Part shown: positions 6,550 through 14,592 of the stretch, piece by piece | Layout of the letters: every line of letters starts with the position of its first letter | Position numbering within the stretch: position 1 is the first letter of the stretch | Assembly (NCBI GenBank): GCA_964519305.1 | Contig: CAZFHY010000033.1 | Coordinates: forward strand, 1 to 14,592 | Length of the DNA: 14,592 nt | Source: Candidatus Undinarchaeota archaeon | Lineage (GTDB): Archaea > SpSt-1190 > JASMDC01 | Direction: 5' to 3' | Notes under the pieces: model-generated | Told to the model about the DNA's origin: nothing | The model's input: the letters and a program-made list of their open reading frames with translations, nothing else | Databases searched by the model: none | Program-made: the position numbers and the translations under genes

Positions 6550-9336
6550 ATGGACGGCGACGAAGACATGCCATCACGCGGGCCCGCTCGAACAGCATTA
6601 CCCTCTCTGAGGCGGCTGGTGGCAATCGCGGCTGCCGTCGTCGTCGTCTCGGTCGTGGTCGGCCTCGTCGTCACCATGACCGGCGGTGTCCCGGCGAGGG
6701 GATCGCTCTTTCTGGACCGATTCTCCATGGCCGTGGCTGGATTCGCGCTCCTTACCGTTCTCTACGGCTACCGTGAGAGGGCATCCACGAGTACTGCCGT
6801 ATGGATCGTGGCAAGTCTAGCACTCGGGGCACTCAGTGCTTGGTGGATCGCTTCCTGGAACGGATTCCCCCACACCATGCAGACGATCGTTGCCCTGCTC
6901 GGCGGCATCATGATAACCGCCCTCTCTTGGATCGTGCTCACGAGCGGTGTGCAGTCGCCCACGCGCGCCCGTGAACCGGCCCCGTCGATTGGCACGACCG
7001 CTCCCGTTACTGTCGATGTGTCGATGCTAGTCACCCTATCGCTCATTGGAGTGCTCGTCCTCGTTGCCCTCTATCCGTCCGTCCTAGGTGCCAACACCCT
7101 CCGCGTACTCCCGTGCGAAACGGTCGTGGGCTCCTCTGACAACGCAGCGGCCCTTGCAGGCCCCTGCCCGCACGCACCCCTTTACAGAGAGCTGGTGGCC
7201 GCCCTTCTAGGCATCGACCTTGCACAAACACGTCTTCTGAACGTCGCGCTCGGTCTGCTCGTCGTCCTCCTTACCTTCATAATTGGTCGCCGCATCATCG
7301 GGACCGCCGCCGGGCTCATCGCGGCCGTGGCCGTCGCTATCCATCCGCTCCATACGATAATGTCATCGATTGCGGGCCCGGCCGGCGTCCAATCGGCTCT
7401 CGCGCTCCTTATCCTCCTCGTGGGAACATCCGCCAGTCATAGCGGAGGACGGCACCTCCACGCGCTCCTTGGGATCATGTGCGGCGTATCGCTGGGGCTC
7501 GGCCGCGGCGGGCTCGCCATTAGCATCACAGCGCTCGCTCTCCTCTATCGGGACCGACGGTCGCTCGACACCATGGACCTTGGACGCGGGCACCGAGGCC
7601 CTCCCTCGGGCCTGGCCATCAACCGCGTCCTCGCGACGGCCTTCCTCGCTTTATTCCTCCTCGTCCCCTGGGACGCCGCGCAGGAGCTCCTCGAATCGTC
7701 GTCCGTTCAAGGGGCAGGACCGGACGCCGACGATACGTTCCTGACGGGCTGGCCTCTGTCCTCAGCGGGCGTCTACCTCAGCTCGGACGCACCGACGGCC
7801 GTCCTCTACATCCTCATTGCGGCCGTTGTCGCTGCCGTCATCCATGGGATGCGGCGAGGCTCACCGCTCGAGCGAGGCCTTTCCCTTCTCATCGTCGCGA
7901 ACGTGCTCACCGCCGCCCCGGGTGGTCAGATAGCGCTCTCCACCCTCGCGGTCCTCATCGCACCCTGCGCCCTCCTCCTTACCAGCCTGGCCGTTGACCT
8001 GACCAAGGACCGCAGTGGCTGGTGGCAGACCGCCGCCATCATCACTTGGTTCGTCGTCGTCCTCTACCTCGGCGATGCCACATCGTCCATCATCGCTATA
8101 CTGGATTCTGACACCTACGGGGATGCCGCGGTACTACTCGGTACGGTCATGGGGCCCACGGACTTGGTCGCGAGCCACAATTCCCCTATCCTTCAGCACC
8201 ATATGGGCGACCGCGCCACTGTCGTGCCAATCCATCAGTGGTACGAACGATCTGATCCCGACGCGGACTACGTCCTCCTCGCGTCCTGGCCCGAGTATCA
8301 ACGGTCGGGCATCCCCGCCCGATCTCCCCACGATGTCTCCGACGCGCCCCATGTTGCTTTTCTCGGTGTGACCGATCCAGAGCTCACGCTCGTCCTCCCC
8401 TTGACGAACGCCACCTACACCACGGGAGCGGGTCTGGGACCGGGCTCCCACCGCGTCCTCATCTCCGAGGAGCGTTTCACTCCCGTCATTGATGACGGGG
8501 CAGGGACTGCCCGACGGAGGACCGCGAGCAAGCTGGCCTATGTCTACTTCAGACCCCCACCCTGGCTCAGATTGGACGAATCGGGACAGCCGGGTTACGA
8601 CCTCCGCGTCCGGCTTGAGCTCTCCCACGACATCCCCGCGAACGGTTCGGTCGCCATAGGCTTGAAGAACAGCCCTTTCAATGAGGCTTGGTCATGGGTG
8701 TACGTCCACAGGATGGAGGGGCAGAGGGGGCGCTATGTCCTCGACCTGCTTGTACCCCCCGAGCAGTACAGGGTGGGGGAGAGTGGTCTCGTTCAGCTCC
8801 TGATCAACGGGGCGGAAAATGGTGAGGTCGAGCTCTATTCTGCGAGCTTCTCCGTGTCACCGGGTTTCTCTCTGGTCGATGGATTGTCCTCGGGATCGGG
8901 CCGCATCTGGCTCTTGCAGGACAGGTTCTCTCCAGTGGCAACAGAGGGGAACGTATCCTACCGTCGGCCAGTGAGCAATCTCACATATGTCTACTTTATT
9001 CCGCCGCAGTGGATCGATACCGACGACAACGGCCGACCTGAAGCCCCTCTTGGAATCCGACTCCGTCTAGCACACGAGCTCGCTGAGGGCGAGACTGCGC
9101 ACATCACGATCAAGAAGAGCAGACGGCGAAGTGATTGGGCGTGGTTTTCACTGGGAACGCTCTCGGGAAAGCGTTCATGGTACGACCTCGACCTCACGGT
9201 CGAGCCCGAGCAGTACTCGGTGACCGAGGACGGGTTCATACAACTGCTCATCCGTGAAGGCGAAGGGCTCGATATAAAGCTCGAAGGAGTAACGTTCCTC
9301 CGCCCACCGGGACCTTGGGAAGGTGTCCCGTCGTGA
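6550..9336 (+). CDS. Large polytopic membrane protein: ArnT/PMT_2 (GT-C)-like core plus two tandem C-terminal soluble domains of unknown family
   Basis: Many hydrophobic helices. GT-C-like segment PHAPLY..LLG....RLLNVALGLLVVLLTFIIGRRIIG.AAGLIAAVAVAIHPLH. Start moved from 6286 to ATG 6550, which follows the upstream stop at 6547 and has GGTGA at 6538-6542; gives 928 aa. Confidence 0.75.
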   Translation: MDGDEDMPSRGPARTALPSLRRLVAIAAAVVVVSVVVGLVVTMTGGVPARGSLFLDRFSMAVAGFALLTVLYGYRERASTSTAVWIVASLALGALSAWWIASWNGFPHTMQTIVALLGGIMITALSWIVLTSGVQSPTRAREPAPSIGTTAPVTVDVSMLVTLSLIGVLVLVALYPSVLGANTLRVLPCETVVGSSDNAAALAGPCPHAPLYRELVAALLGIDLAQTRLLNVALGLLVVLLTFIIGRRIIGTAAGLIAAVAVAIHPLHTIMSSIAGPAGVQSALALLILLVGTSASHSGGRHLHALLGIMCGVSLGLGRGGLAISITALALLYRDRRSLDTMDLGRGHRGPPSGLAINRVLATAFLALFLLVPWDAAQELLESSSVQGAGPDADDTFLTGWPLSSAGVYLSSDAPTAVLYILIAAVVAAVIHGMRRGSPLERGLSLLIVANVLTAAPGGQIALSTLAVLIAPCALLLTSLAVDLTKDRSGWWQTAAIITWFVVVLYLGDATSSIIAILDSDTYGDAAVLLGTVMGPTDLVASHNSPILQHHMGDRATVVPIHQWYERSDPDADYVLLASWPEYQRSGIPARSPHDVSDAPHVAFLGVTDPELTLVLPLTNATYTTGAGLGPGSHRVLISEERFTPVIDDGAGTARRRTASKLAYVYFRPPPWLRLDESGQPGYDLRVRLELSHDIPANGSVAIGLKNSPFNEAWSWVYVHRMEGQRGRYVLDLLVPPEQYRVGESGLVQLLINGAENGEVELYSASFSVSPGFSLVDGLSSGSGRIWLLQDRFSPVATEGNVSYRRPVSNLTYVYFIPPQWIDTDDNGRPEAPLGIRLRLAHELAEGETAHITIKKSRRRSDWAWFSLGTLSGKRSWYDLDLTVEPEQYSVTEDGFIQLLIREGEGLDIKLEGVTFLRPPGPWEGVPS
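8431..9300 (+). repeat. Intragenic tandem duplication of a ~150-aa domain (copies start at 8431 and 8881)
   Basis: Protein-level alignment: GLGPGS/GLSSGS, ERFTPV/DRFSPV, SKLAYVYFRPPPW/SNLTYVYFIPPQW, LRVRLELSH/LGIRLRLAH, WSW/WAW, YVLDLLVPPEQYRVGESGLVQLLI/YDLDLTVEPEQYSVTEDGFIQLLI. Confidence 0.92.
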
Positions 9337-9433
9337 TCCTCAATATACGGTGCGAAGGGGGCCGCGTGAACGAACAGCAGCCGCTCCATGGTGTACGGCG
9401 TTGGCGTCTTCGGTCGTCAGGGGGATCGCGCGC

Positions 9434-10114
9434 ATGAGGGCCCGGGACCGTCTCCGGCGGCCAGGGCTGGCCCCGGAAGAGAGGAGCGAGAAGCGGTATC
9501 CGATCGTCCTTGAAATGGTTGGCTCGGAGAACGACGTGCTTGACCTCGGATGCGGGAGCGGGCTCCTCGCCACTCTCATGGCGGAGATGGGGAACCGTGT
9601 CACTGGTGTCGATGTCTCTGGAACGGCTCTGGAGGGGGCGGCATCTCGGGGGGTAACTACCGTGAACAGCGACCTTGAGGAGGACCTGCCCTTCCAGGAC
9701 GGCGCCTACGACATCGTCGTTTGCAGCGAGGTCCTCGAGCACCTTTTCAATCCACGCGGACTGCTCGACGAGGCGCGACGTGTGCTGCGCCCGGGGGGGC
9801 ACCTCGTCATCACAACGCCCAACATCGCCTACGTGGTCCGGCGGATCTGCCTGCTCCTGGGCTGGTTCCCCGAGGATGTCGAGTGGGCGCGGACGTCCAA
9901 CACCGATGAGTGGGAGCATATACGTTTCTTCACGCTCCGCTCTATCAAGCGTCTTCTCGACCACGCCGGGTTCGAGCCCGTGGCGGTCAGGGGCGTCGAC
10001 AGGTTCCCGTGGCTCCCCCTTTCGTCCCTTTCGACGAGCCTCTTCGCCCAGGGCTTCGTCATCAAGGCCGTAAAACGGGGGACCGCGGCATCCGTTGGAA
10101 GGCGCGAGGACTGA
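9434..10114 (+). CDS. Class I SAM-dependent methyltransferase (Methyltransf_11/MetW-like; probably glycan O-methylation)
   Basis: VLDLGCGSG, VTGVDVS, DLEEDLPFQDGAYDIVVCSEVLEHL, RRVLRPGGHLVITTPN, HIRFFT. Start ATG 9434 (AGGGGGA upstream) preferred over GTG 9323; start uncertain. Confidence 0.9.
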   Translation: MRARDRLRRPGLAPEERSEKRYPIVLEMVGSENDVLDLGCGSGLLATLMAEMGNRVTGVDVSGTALEGAASRGVTTVNSDLEEDLPFQDGAYDIVVCSEVLEHLFNPRGLLDEARRVLRPGGHLVITTPNIAYVVRRICLLLGWFPEDVEWARTSNTDEWEHIRFFTLRSIKRLLDHAGFEPVAVRGVDRFPWLPLSSLSTSLFAQGFVIKAVKRGTAASVGRRED

Positions 10115-10118
10115 CATC

Positions 10119-11582
10119 ATGGGGCGGTTGGCGCAGGGCACGGTCTATCTCGTCATCGTCCAGGCCATATTCCTTGCCTCGGGGTACCTCATCCACGCCT
10201 TCCTTGGCAGGACGCTCGGGCCGGCGGACTACGGGACGTTCGGCATCGTCGTCTCACTCATCACCATGATCAACCTCTTCTTCACCTCGGGCCTCCCGCA
10301 TGCCGCGTCACGGTTCATCGCGGCGGGCGAGCGGAGGTTCGATGAGGTCCGCACGGCGACCGAATCCATCGCGTGTGCGATCTCGCTCACGCTCTTCGTC
10401 CTGTACTTCATGGCGGCCGGCTCGATCGCATCACTGCTGGGTGATCCTTCGCTGGTCCCCTACCTCCGGCTCTCGGCCCTCATCATACCCTTCCATGCCA
10501 TCTATGCCCTCGACCTCGGCCTCCTTAACGGCAGGATGGCGTTCCGCGATCAGGCCGTGGCGATGGTGTCGTTCTCTGTGACACGGCTGGTCGGTGTGTT
10601 CGTCCTCGTGCTCCTGGGCTACTCGATAATGGGTGCGATCGGCGGGTTCATCATCGCGTCGGTAATCGGGCTGCTCGCAGCACGGCGCACCCTGCCGGGG
10701 AGCGGTCCGCGGGATGTCGCCCTCGTCCGTGAGCTTGTGACCTTCTCGGTCCCCATCATGCTCTACTCGGTCGCATTCACCTCCGTAATGAGCCTCGACC
10801 TGTTCGTCGTGAAGAGGCTCCTCGCCGAGAACGTGAAGGTCGGCTTCTACGTTGCAGCAGTCAACCTATCGAGGATCCCGTTCCATTTGATGAACGGTCT
10901 GGTCCTCGCCCTCCTCCCGGTCCGGGCGAGATGCGCGGCCTCTGATGACGAGTCGGATGGCCGGGCGGTCTCCGCGACAGCACTCAGATACCTACTCATT
11001 CTCATCCTGCCCACCGCGGCGATCATGTGCGCGACCTCCGAGGAGCTCGTTGCGTTGGTCTACTCGCGCGACTTCCTTCCCGCGGCCGTACCGCTGTTCA
11101 CGCTCGTGCTGGGGGCATGCTTCTTCACCGCCTTCTCCGTCCTATCGACCCTTATCATCGCAGATGGAAAGGCGACCGTGCCCATGCTCTTCTCCTTCGC
11201 ACTGGCGCCAGTGTCTCTCGTTCTCAACCTCTCCCTCGTTCCTTCCCGCGGCCTGGAAGGTGCGGCCCTGTCGACCTTGCTCACAGGGACCTGTGGCATG
11301 CTTCTGGCCGGCGCGTACCTGTGGAAAAGGAGCACTCGTCCCCCCTTCGAACCCATCTCGGCGTTGAGGACGTCGCTCGCAGCCCTGCTCGCCTATCTGC
11401 TCCTATCCCGCGGCTGGCTCGGTTTCGTCCCGCTACCCGCGGCCGTGGCAGCCGCTGTAGTGCTCTATCTAGTCGTACTGCGGTTGAGCGGGGAGACAGC
11501 GGACTTCGATCCAAGATCGCTGTTGGCGAGCCTTGGGGAGGAAGGCGCTGATGTGGATGCTGAGGATGGGGACGCAAAGTGA
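10119..11582 (+). CDS. Wzx/MATE-like oligosaccharide flippase (Polysacc_synt family)
   Basis: GRTLGPADYGTFG, FSVPIML, SLDLFVVKRLL...VGFYVAA, LNLSLVPSRGLEGAALS; roughly 12-14 hydrophobic segments. Start ATG 10119 with GAGGA at 10106-10110. Confidence 0.93.
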   Translation: MGRLAQGTVYLVIVQAIFLASGYLIHAFLGRTLGPADYGTFGIVVSLITMINLFFTSGLPHAASRFIAAGERRFDEVRTATESIACAISLTLFVLYFMAAGSIASLLGDPSLVPYLRLSALIIPFHAIYALDLGLLNGRMAFRDQAVAMVSFSVTRLVGVFVLVLLGYSIMGAIGGFIIASVIGLLAARRTLPGSGPRDVALVRELVTFSVPIMLYSVAFTSVMSLDLFVVKRLLAENVKVGFYVAAVNLSRIPFHLMNGLVLALLPVRARCAASDDESDGRAVSATALRYLLILILPTAAIMCATSEELVALVYSRDFLPAAVPLFTLVLGACFFTAFSVLSTLIIADGKATVPMLFSFALAPVSLVLNLSLVPSRGLEGAALSTLLTGTCGMLLAGAYLWKRSTRPPFEPISALRTSLAALLAYLLLSRGWLGFVPLPAAVAAAVVLYLVVLRLSGETADFDPRSLLASLGEEGADVDAEDGDAK

Positions 11583-11584
11583 GC

Positions 11585-11692
11585 GTGATTGTTACAATGT
11601 CACCCGAGATGCTTCTCGCACACCATCGATGGTGACGTCTCCGCGGTCGGTTGTAAACGTTCGAAGGGCATGTTCGTGATGGCGATGCCTCC
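11585..11692. other. Palindrome-rich convergent intergenic region (possible bidirectional terminator or protein-binding sites)
   Basis: ATTGT-T-ACAAT (11588-11598), CGAGA-TGCT-TCTCG (11605-11618), perfect 14-bp CACCATCGATGGTG (11621-11634), GGCAT..ATGCC (11667-11689). No oligo-T tract. Confidence 0.4.
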
Positions 11693-11701
11693 GTGTGCGC
11701 C

Positions 11702-12895
11702 CTAGCCCCGGCAGACCTCCCTGTAGACGTCAATGACCGCGCTTGCCGTCCGTTCCCAAGAGAACTCCTCGACGCGCTGCAGTGCCGATGCGCGGTGGTG
11801 TGCATATGCCTCGTCATCGGTGAGGAGAAGGATGGTCGCGTCCGCAAGCTCATGGATGTCGTCGCAGTCCACGAGGATGCCCCCCTTCCCGTCCCGAACG
11901 ACCTCGTTCACACCTTGTATGTCACTCGCAACGACCGGGAGGCCGCACGCCATCGCCTCGAGAAGGACTAGGCCGAATCCCTCGACCCGGCTCGGGAACA
12001 CGAACACGTCGTGCTCCTTGTAGCAGCGCACGAGCTCCTGGTCGTCCACATGACTCTTGAAACGGACCGTTCCCTCCAACCCAAGCCCACTCACCATGTC
12101 CCTGAGCTTCCTCTCGTACGCTGCCTCTCCGCTACCCACTACGGTCAGCGTGGTCCCGGATTGCTTTGCGGTGATGAGGGGGAGAGCCTTGAGGAGGCGC
12201 TCAAGGCCCTTTCTCGGAACGAGGCGGCCGACGAAGAGGAGCTTGGTACGATTTTGGTCGGGACGGTGCCCGTAGTCGCCTCCATTCGAAGGGGGCGGCT
12301 CATCCTTGAAGACGTCCGCCCGGATGCCGTTCGGGATGACATTGACCTTCCTCTGCTCGATACCATAGTACTCCTTAAGGTCCCGGCCGGTCCCTTCGCT
12401 CACGGCGATGACAGCGTCGCTTGAGCGGCAGAGACGCGCCTCGAGCCGTGCCATGGTATGATAGAAGGCTCGGCGAGGGATCGCGTCGATGACGCTAGTC
12501 TGGTACCTGTCGGTCAGTTGGCGGGCGAACGTGTTATGGTCGGTGACGACGAATCCCGTGTTAGGGGAGGGTGCGATGATGTAGCTCTGCGGGCTGAGCG
12601 CATGGACCACATCGAAGTCCTGCGCGATGCGCCCCCTGATATACCTGTTCCAGAGCTTGAGTGAGAAGGCCGGGTACGACAGAACGCGGTTCGTGAAGAG
12701 CGACCGCGGGAGGCGTATCACCTCGTGATCTTGCCCTTCGGGCGCTGGCGTTCCGCTCGGCGCCGCCGTGACGAGCGAGACATCGATACCATGACGTGCC
12801 GTTACCGCATGATAGAGCTCGTCCGCGTACCTGCTTAGCCCTCCCTCGCTGAAGGGCGGGAACTCGAACGAGCACATGAGCACCTTCAGTGGCAT
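11702..12895 (-). CDS. Glycosyltransferase family 4 (PimA/MshA-like)
   Basis: LKVLMCSFEFPP..EGG, FDVVHAL, VIAVSE, VIPNGI, LLFVGRLVPRKG, FPSRVEGFGLVLLEAMACGLPVVASD. Start ATG 12895 with GGAG 8 nt upstream. Confidence 0.95.
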   Translation of the reverse strand: MPLKVLMCSFEFPPFSEGGLSRYADELYHAVTARHGIDVSLVTAAPSGTPAPEGQDHEVIRLPRSLFTNRVLSYPAFSLKLWNRYIRGRIAQDFDVVHALSPQSYIIAPSPNTGFVVTDHNTFARQLTDRYQTSVIDAIPRRAFYHTMARLEARLCRSSDAVIAVSEGTGRDLKEYYGIEQRKVNVIPNGIRADVFKDEPPPSNGGDYGHRPDQNRTKLLFVGRLVPRKGLERLLKALPLITAKQSGTTLTVVGSGEAAYERKLRDMVSGLGLEGTVRFKSHVDDQELVRCYKEHDVFVFPSRVEGFGLVLLEAMACGLPVVASDIQGVNEVVRDGKGGILVDCDDIHELADATILLLTDDEAYAHHRASALQRVEEFSWERTASAVIDVYREVCRG

Positions 12896-12919
12896 CGACA
12901 ACACTCCGGTCGCAGTGAT

Positions 12920-14485
12920 TTATATTCGAGGTACATATTCATACACGTGAACGCCCGGTTCACGGTGAGCGAGCCTGAACAACGGGGAGCGCTTGATGTA
13001 CTGGAACATAGAGATTGGAATGGCCTGCTGGGTGTTCGGCTTGCCCTTGACGACGAAGTTGAGCTTCACAACGAAGTACCGCACTCTTTCCGAGTCCATG
13101 ACCTTCTTGACGCGCGCATCGTCCTCGGCGAGGAGAGAGAGGTAGAACTCGGGATCGCCTTTCATCGAGACCCAGACCGCCTTCCTTTTCGCATAGAACT
13201 CCACTTCCCCGATGCATGCGTCCGCGATGGTGTCATCCGGATAGGAATGTTCTTTTATCCAGCGATAGGCCCGGATGAGGTCGTCCATCGTCTCGCGGCT
13301 CGGGACCCAGCACATGGTCCTCTCGCGATCCTGGACCGAGGCGACGCCAGTCATGTATACGTGCAAGGAGGCCACCACGATGGATGCGGCCATCAGCACG
13401 GCAGCATACCTGCCGAACCTACGGTCGAGGCGTGCAACGGCGGTGACGGCCAGGCCGATGAAGATGGGGACCAGGACCTTGAGATGGATGAAGTACTTCT
13501 GTGTCTTGAGGAGGGAGAGGCCGCGATGATAGAACAAGATGATGTTGGCGAGGTAGAGGAATGCCCGTGGGTTACGAGCGAGGAGGTGGAGCGCGCCGAC
13601 CGTCGTCAGCAAGAGGAACAGGGCCTCGTTGAGATGGTACCTGATGTAGAAATAGACGCCCACGTTGTAGAAGGAGAGGATGCTCTCCTTCGTCATGTAT
13701 TCGGAAAGGTGTGCGAACTGGAACTGGCTCCTGAACAGGTTGATCGCACGCTGGTCGAAGGTCGATGATGATGGCGCCAGATAGGGATCGTTCGGAAATA
13801 TGATGGTCCCCGTCGATGCATAGAAGTGGTAGAGGAAAGGACCCGCGGCAACCACCATCATGGCGAGGATGACAGCGAGGCCTCGGCTAGAACCCCTGTA
13901 GAGGAAATGATGCACAATGACGAGGGGCACCATCATGTACCCTATCTGTTTGATGGCGACGCAGGAGCCTAGCAGTGCCCCCGCGATGGCGAAGTCACGC
14001 CATGAACCGCTCGCCAGGGAGAGAAGGTGGACGTTGAAGGTTACCAGGATAAAGAACGTGAGCACAGGCTCTATGAAGAAGACCGAGGAGAAGAGCATGT
14101 GGTACGGATGGACGGCTGCGAAGAGCGCGGCGATGATGGCCGTGACGTGGTCGTCGCACAGGCGTCGAGCAAGGACGAAAACCGCAAGGGGCGTCGCAGT
14201 CCCCAACAATGTAGGTATGAGGAGGTAGTAGCCACCGACGAGGTGCTTCGTGACAGTGGCCAGGATAAAGAACATGGCGGGGTATGGGAGTGTTGTGGGA
14301 CGGCCTGTACGGGCAAGCTCATCCACCGCCATTACGTGCGTCGTGCCATCGCCCATTATGGGGAGCTCGAACCTTAGGGCCACACGGACGGAGGCAAGGA
14401 GCATGATCGCGAGAAGGATGATGCTGCAGCAGTTCCTGTTTTGCACGGAAGGATTCGTGGATGACCAAATCTTATAAACATGCAA
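12920..14485 (-). CDS. GT-C fold (ArnT/PMT_2, GT39/GT83-like) membrane glycosyltransferase; start TTG 14485 or GTG 14446
   Basis: First-loop acidic motif PIMGDGTTH, YPAMF, AVFVLARRL...AIIAALFAAVHPYH..FS....EP, GALLGSCVAIKQIG. C-terminal soluble domain AYRWIKEHSYPDDTI..FYAKRK..VRYFVV, typical of this class. Confidence 0.85.
   Translation of the reverse strand: MHVYKIWSSTNPSVQNRNCCSIILLAIMLLASVRVALRFELPIMGDGTTHVMAVDELARTGRPTTLPYPAMFFILATVTKHLVGGYYLLIPTLLGTATPLAVFVLARRLCDDHVTAIIAALFAAVHPYHMLFSSVFFIEPVLTFFILVTFNVHLLSLASGSWRDFAIAGALLGSCVAIKQIGYMMVPLVIVHHFLYRGSSRGLAVILAMMVVAAGPFLYHFYASTGTIIFPNDPYLAPSSSTFDQRAINLFRSQFQFAHLSEYMTKESILSFYNVGVYFYIRYHLNEALFLLLTTVGALHLLARNPRAFLYLANIILFYHRGLSLLKTQKYFIHLKVLVPIFIGLAVTAVARLDRRFGRYAAVLMAASIVVASLHVYMTGVASVQDRERTMCWVPSRETMDDLIRAYRWIKEHSYPDDTIADACIGEVEFYAKRKAVWVSMKGDPEFYLSLLAEDDARVKKVMDSERVRYFVVKLNFVVKGKPNTQQAIPISMFQYIKRSPLFRLAHREPGVHVYEYVPRI
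14471..14478 (-). promoter_or_regulatory. Putative TATA box for the minus-strand GT-C/GT4 unit
   Basis: Minus strand TTTATAAG; its first T is 32 nt upstream of the in-frame GTG at 14446. Confidence 0.45.
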
Positions 14486-14545
14486 TCGGGTCGATAAAGG
14501 ATATCAATGTACGATTAATTTGAAATAATCCATTCTGCTCGGACG

Positions 14546-14592
14546 TTAAATTATTCGGAATGTGATCCCTCGGGGATTGATGGGTAAAAAGA
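14546..14592 (+). other. Possible promoter and first codons (ATG 14580, MGKK...) of a divergent gene leaving the window
   Basis: TTAAATTA at 14546-14553, GGGGA at 14572-14576, then ATG GGT AAA AAG at the edge. Only 4 codons are visible. Confidence 0.3.

Noticed and set aside
12920-14485. AglB/STT3 oligosaccharyltransferase assignment for either GT-C-like protein
   Set aside because: No WWDxG motif in either; the comparable position reads IADACIGE here and VASHNSP in the 6550 protein.
1-14592. tRNA/rRNA, CRISPR array, transposase/integrase, defence or toxin genes
   Set aside because: No cloverleaf or rRNA-like segments, regularly spaced repeats, terminal inverted repeats or relevant protein motifs were found by eye. 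The methyltransferases lack DNA-MTase DPPY/NPPY/PC motifs.

Overview
GC-rich prokaryotic window, probably archaeal (inferred from TATA-like boxes in the intergenic gaps, GGAGG/GGTGA ribosome-binding sites and the gene families; no lineage can be assigned). Left end: a minus-strand secreted subtilisin-family (S8) protease that the ORF track misses because it runs off the window edge. It has an intact Asp/His/Ser triad, a signal peptide, an unusually long charged low-complexity N-terminal region and a possible non-canonical ATC start. Divergent from it is a tightly coupled + strand glycosylation operon: GT2 (polyprenol-phosphate sugar synthase-like), two GT4, a SAM methyltransferase, a ~928-aa GT-C/ArnT-like membrane protein ending in two tandem ~150-aa domains I cannot assign, a second methyltransferase and a Wzx-type flippase. 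Converging from the right is a minus-strand pair (GT-C/ArnT-like protein, then GT4). No RNA genes, mobile elements or CRISPR arrays were seen. The best novelty candidates are the GT-C-like protein (apparently degenerate active site plus a duplicated unknown domain) and the atypical protease facing the glycan locus.
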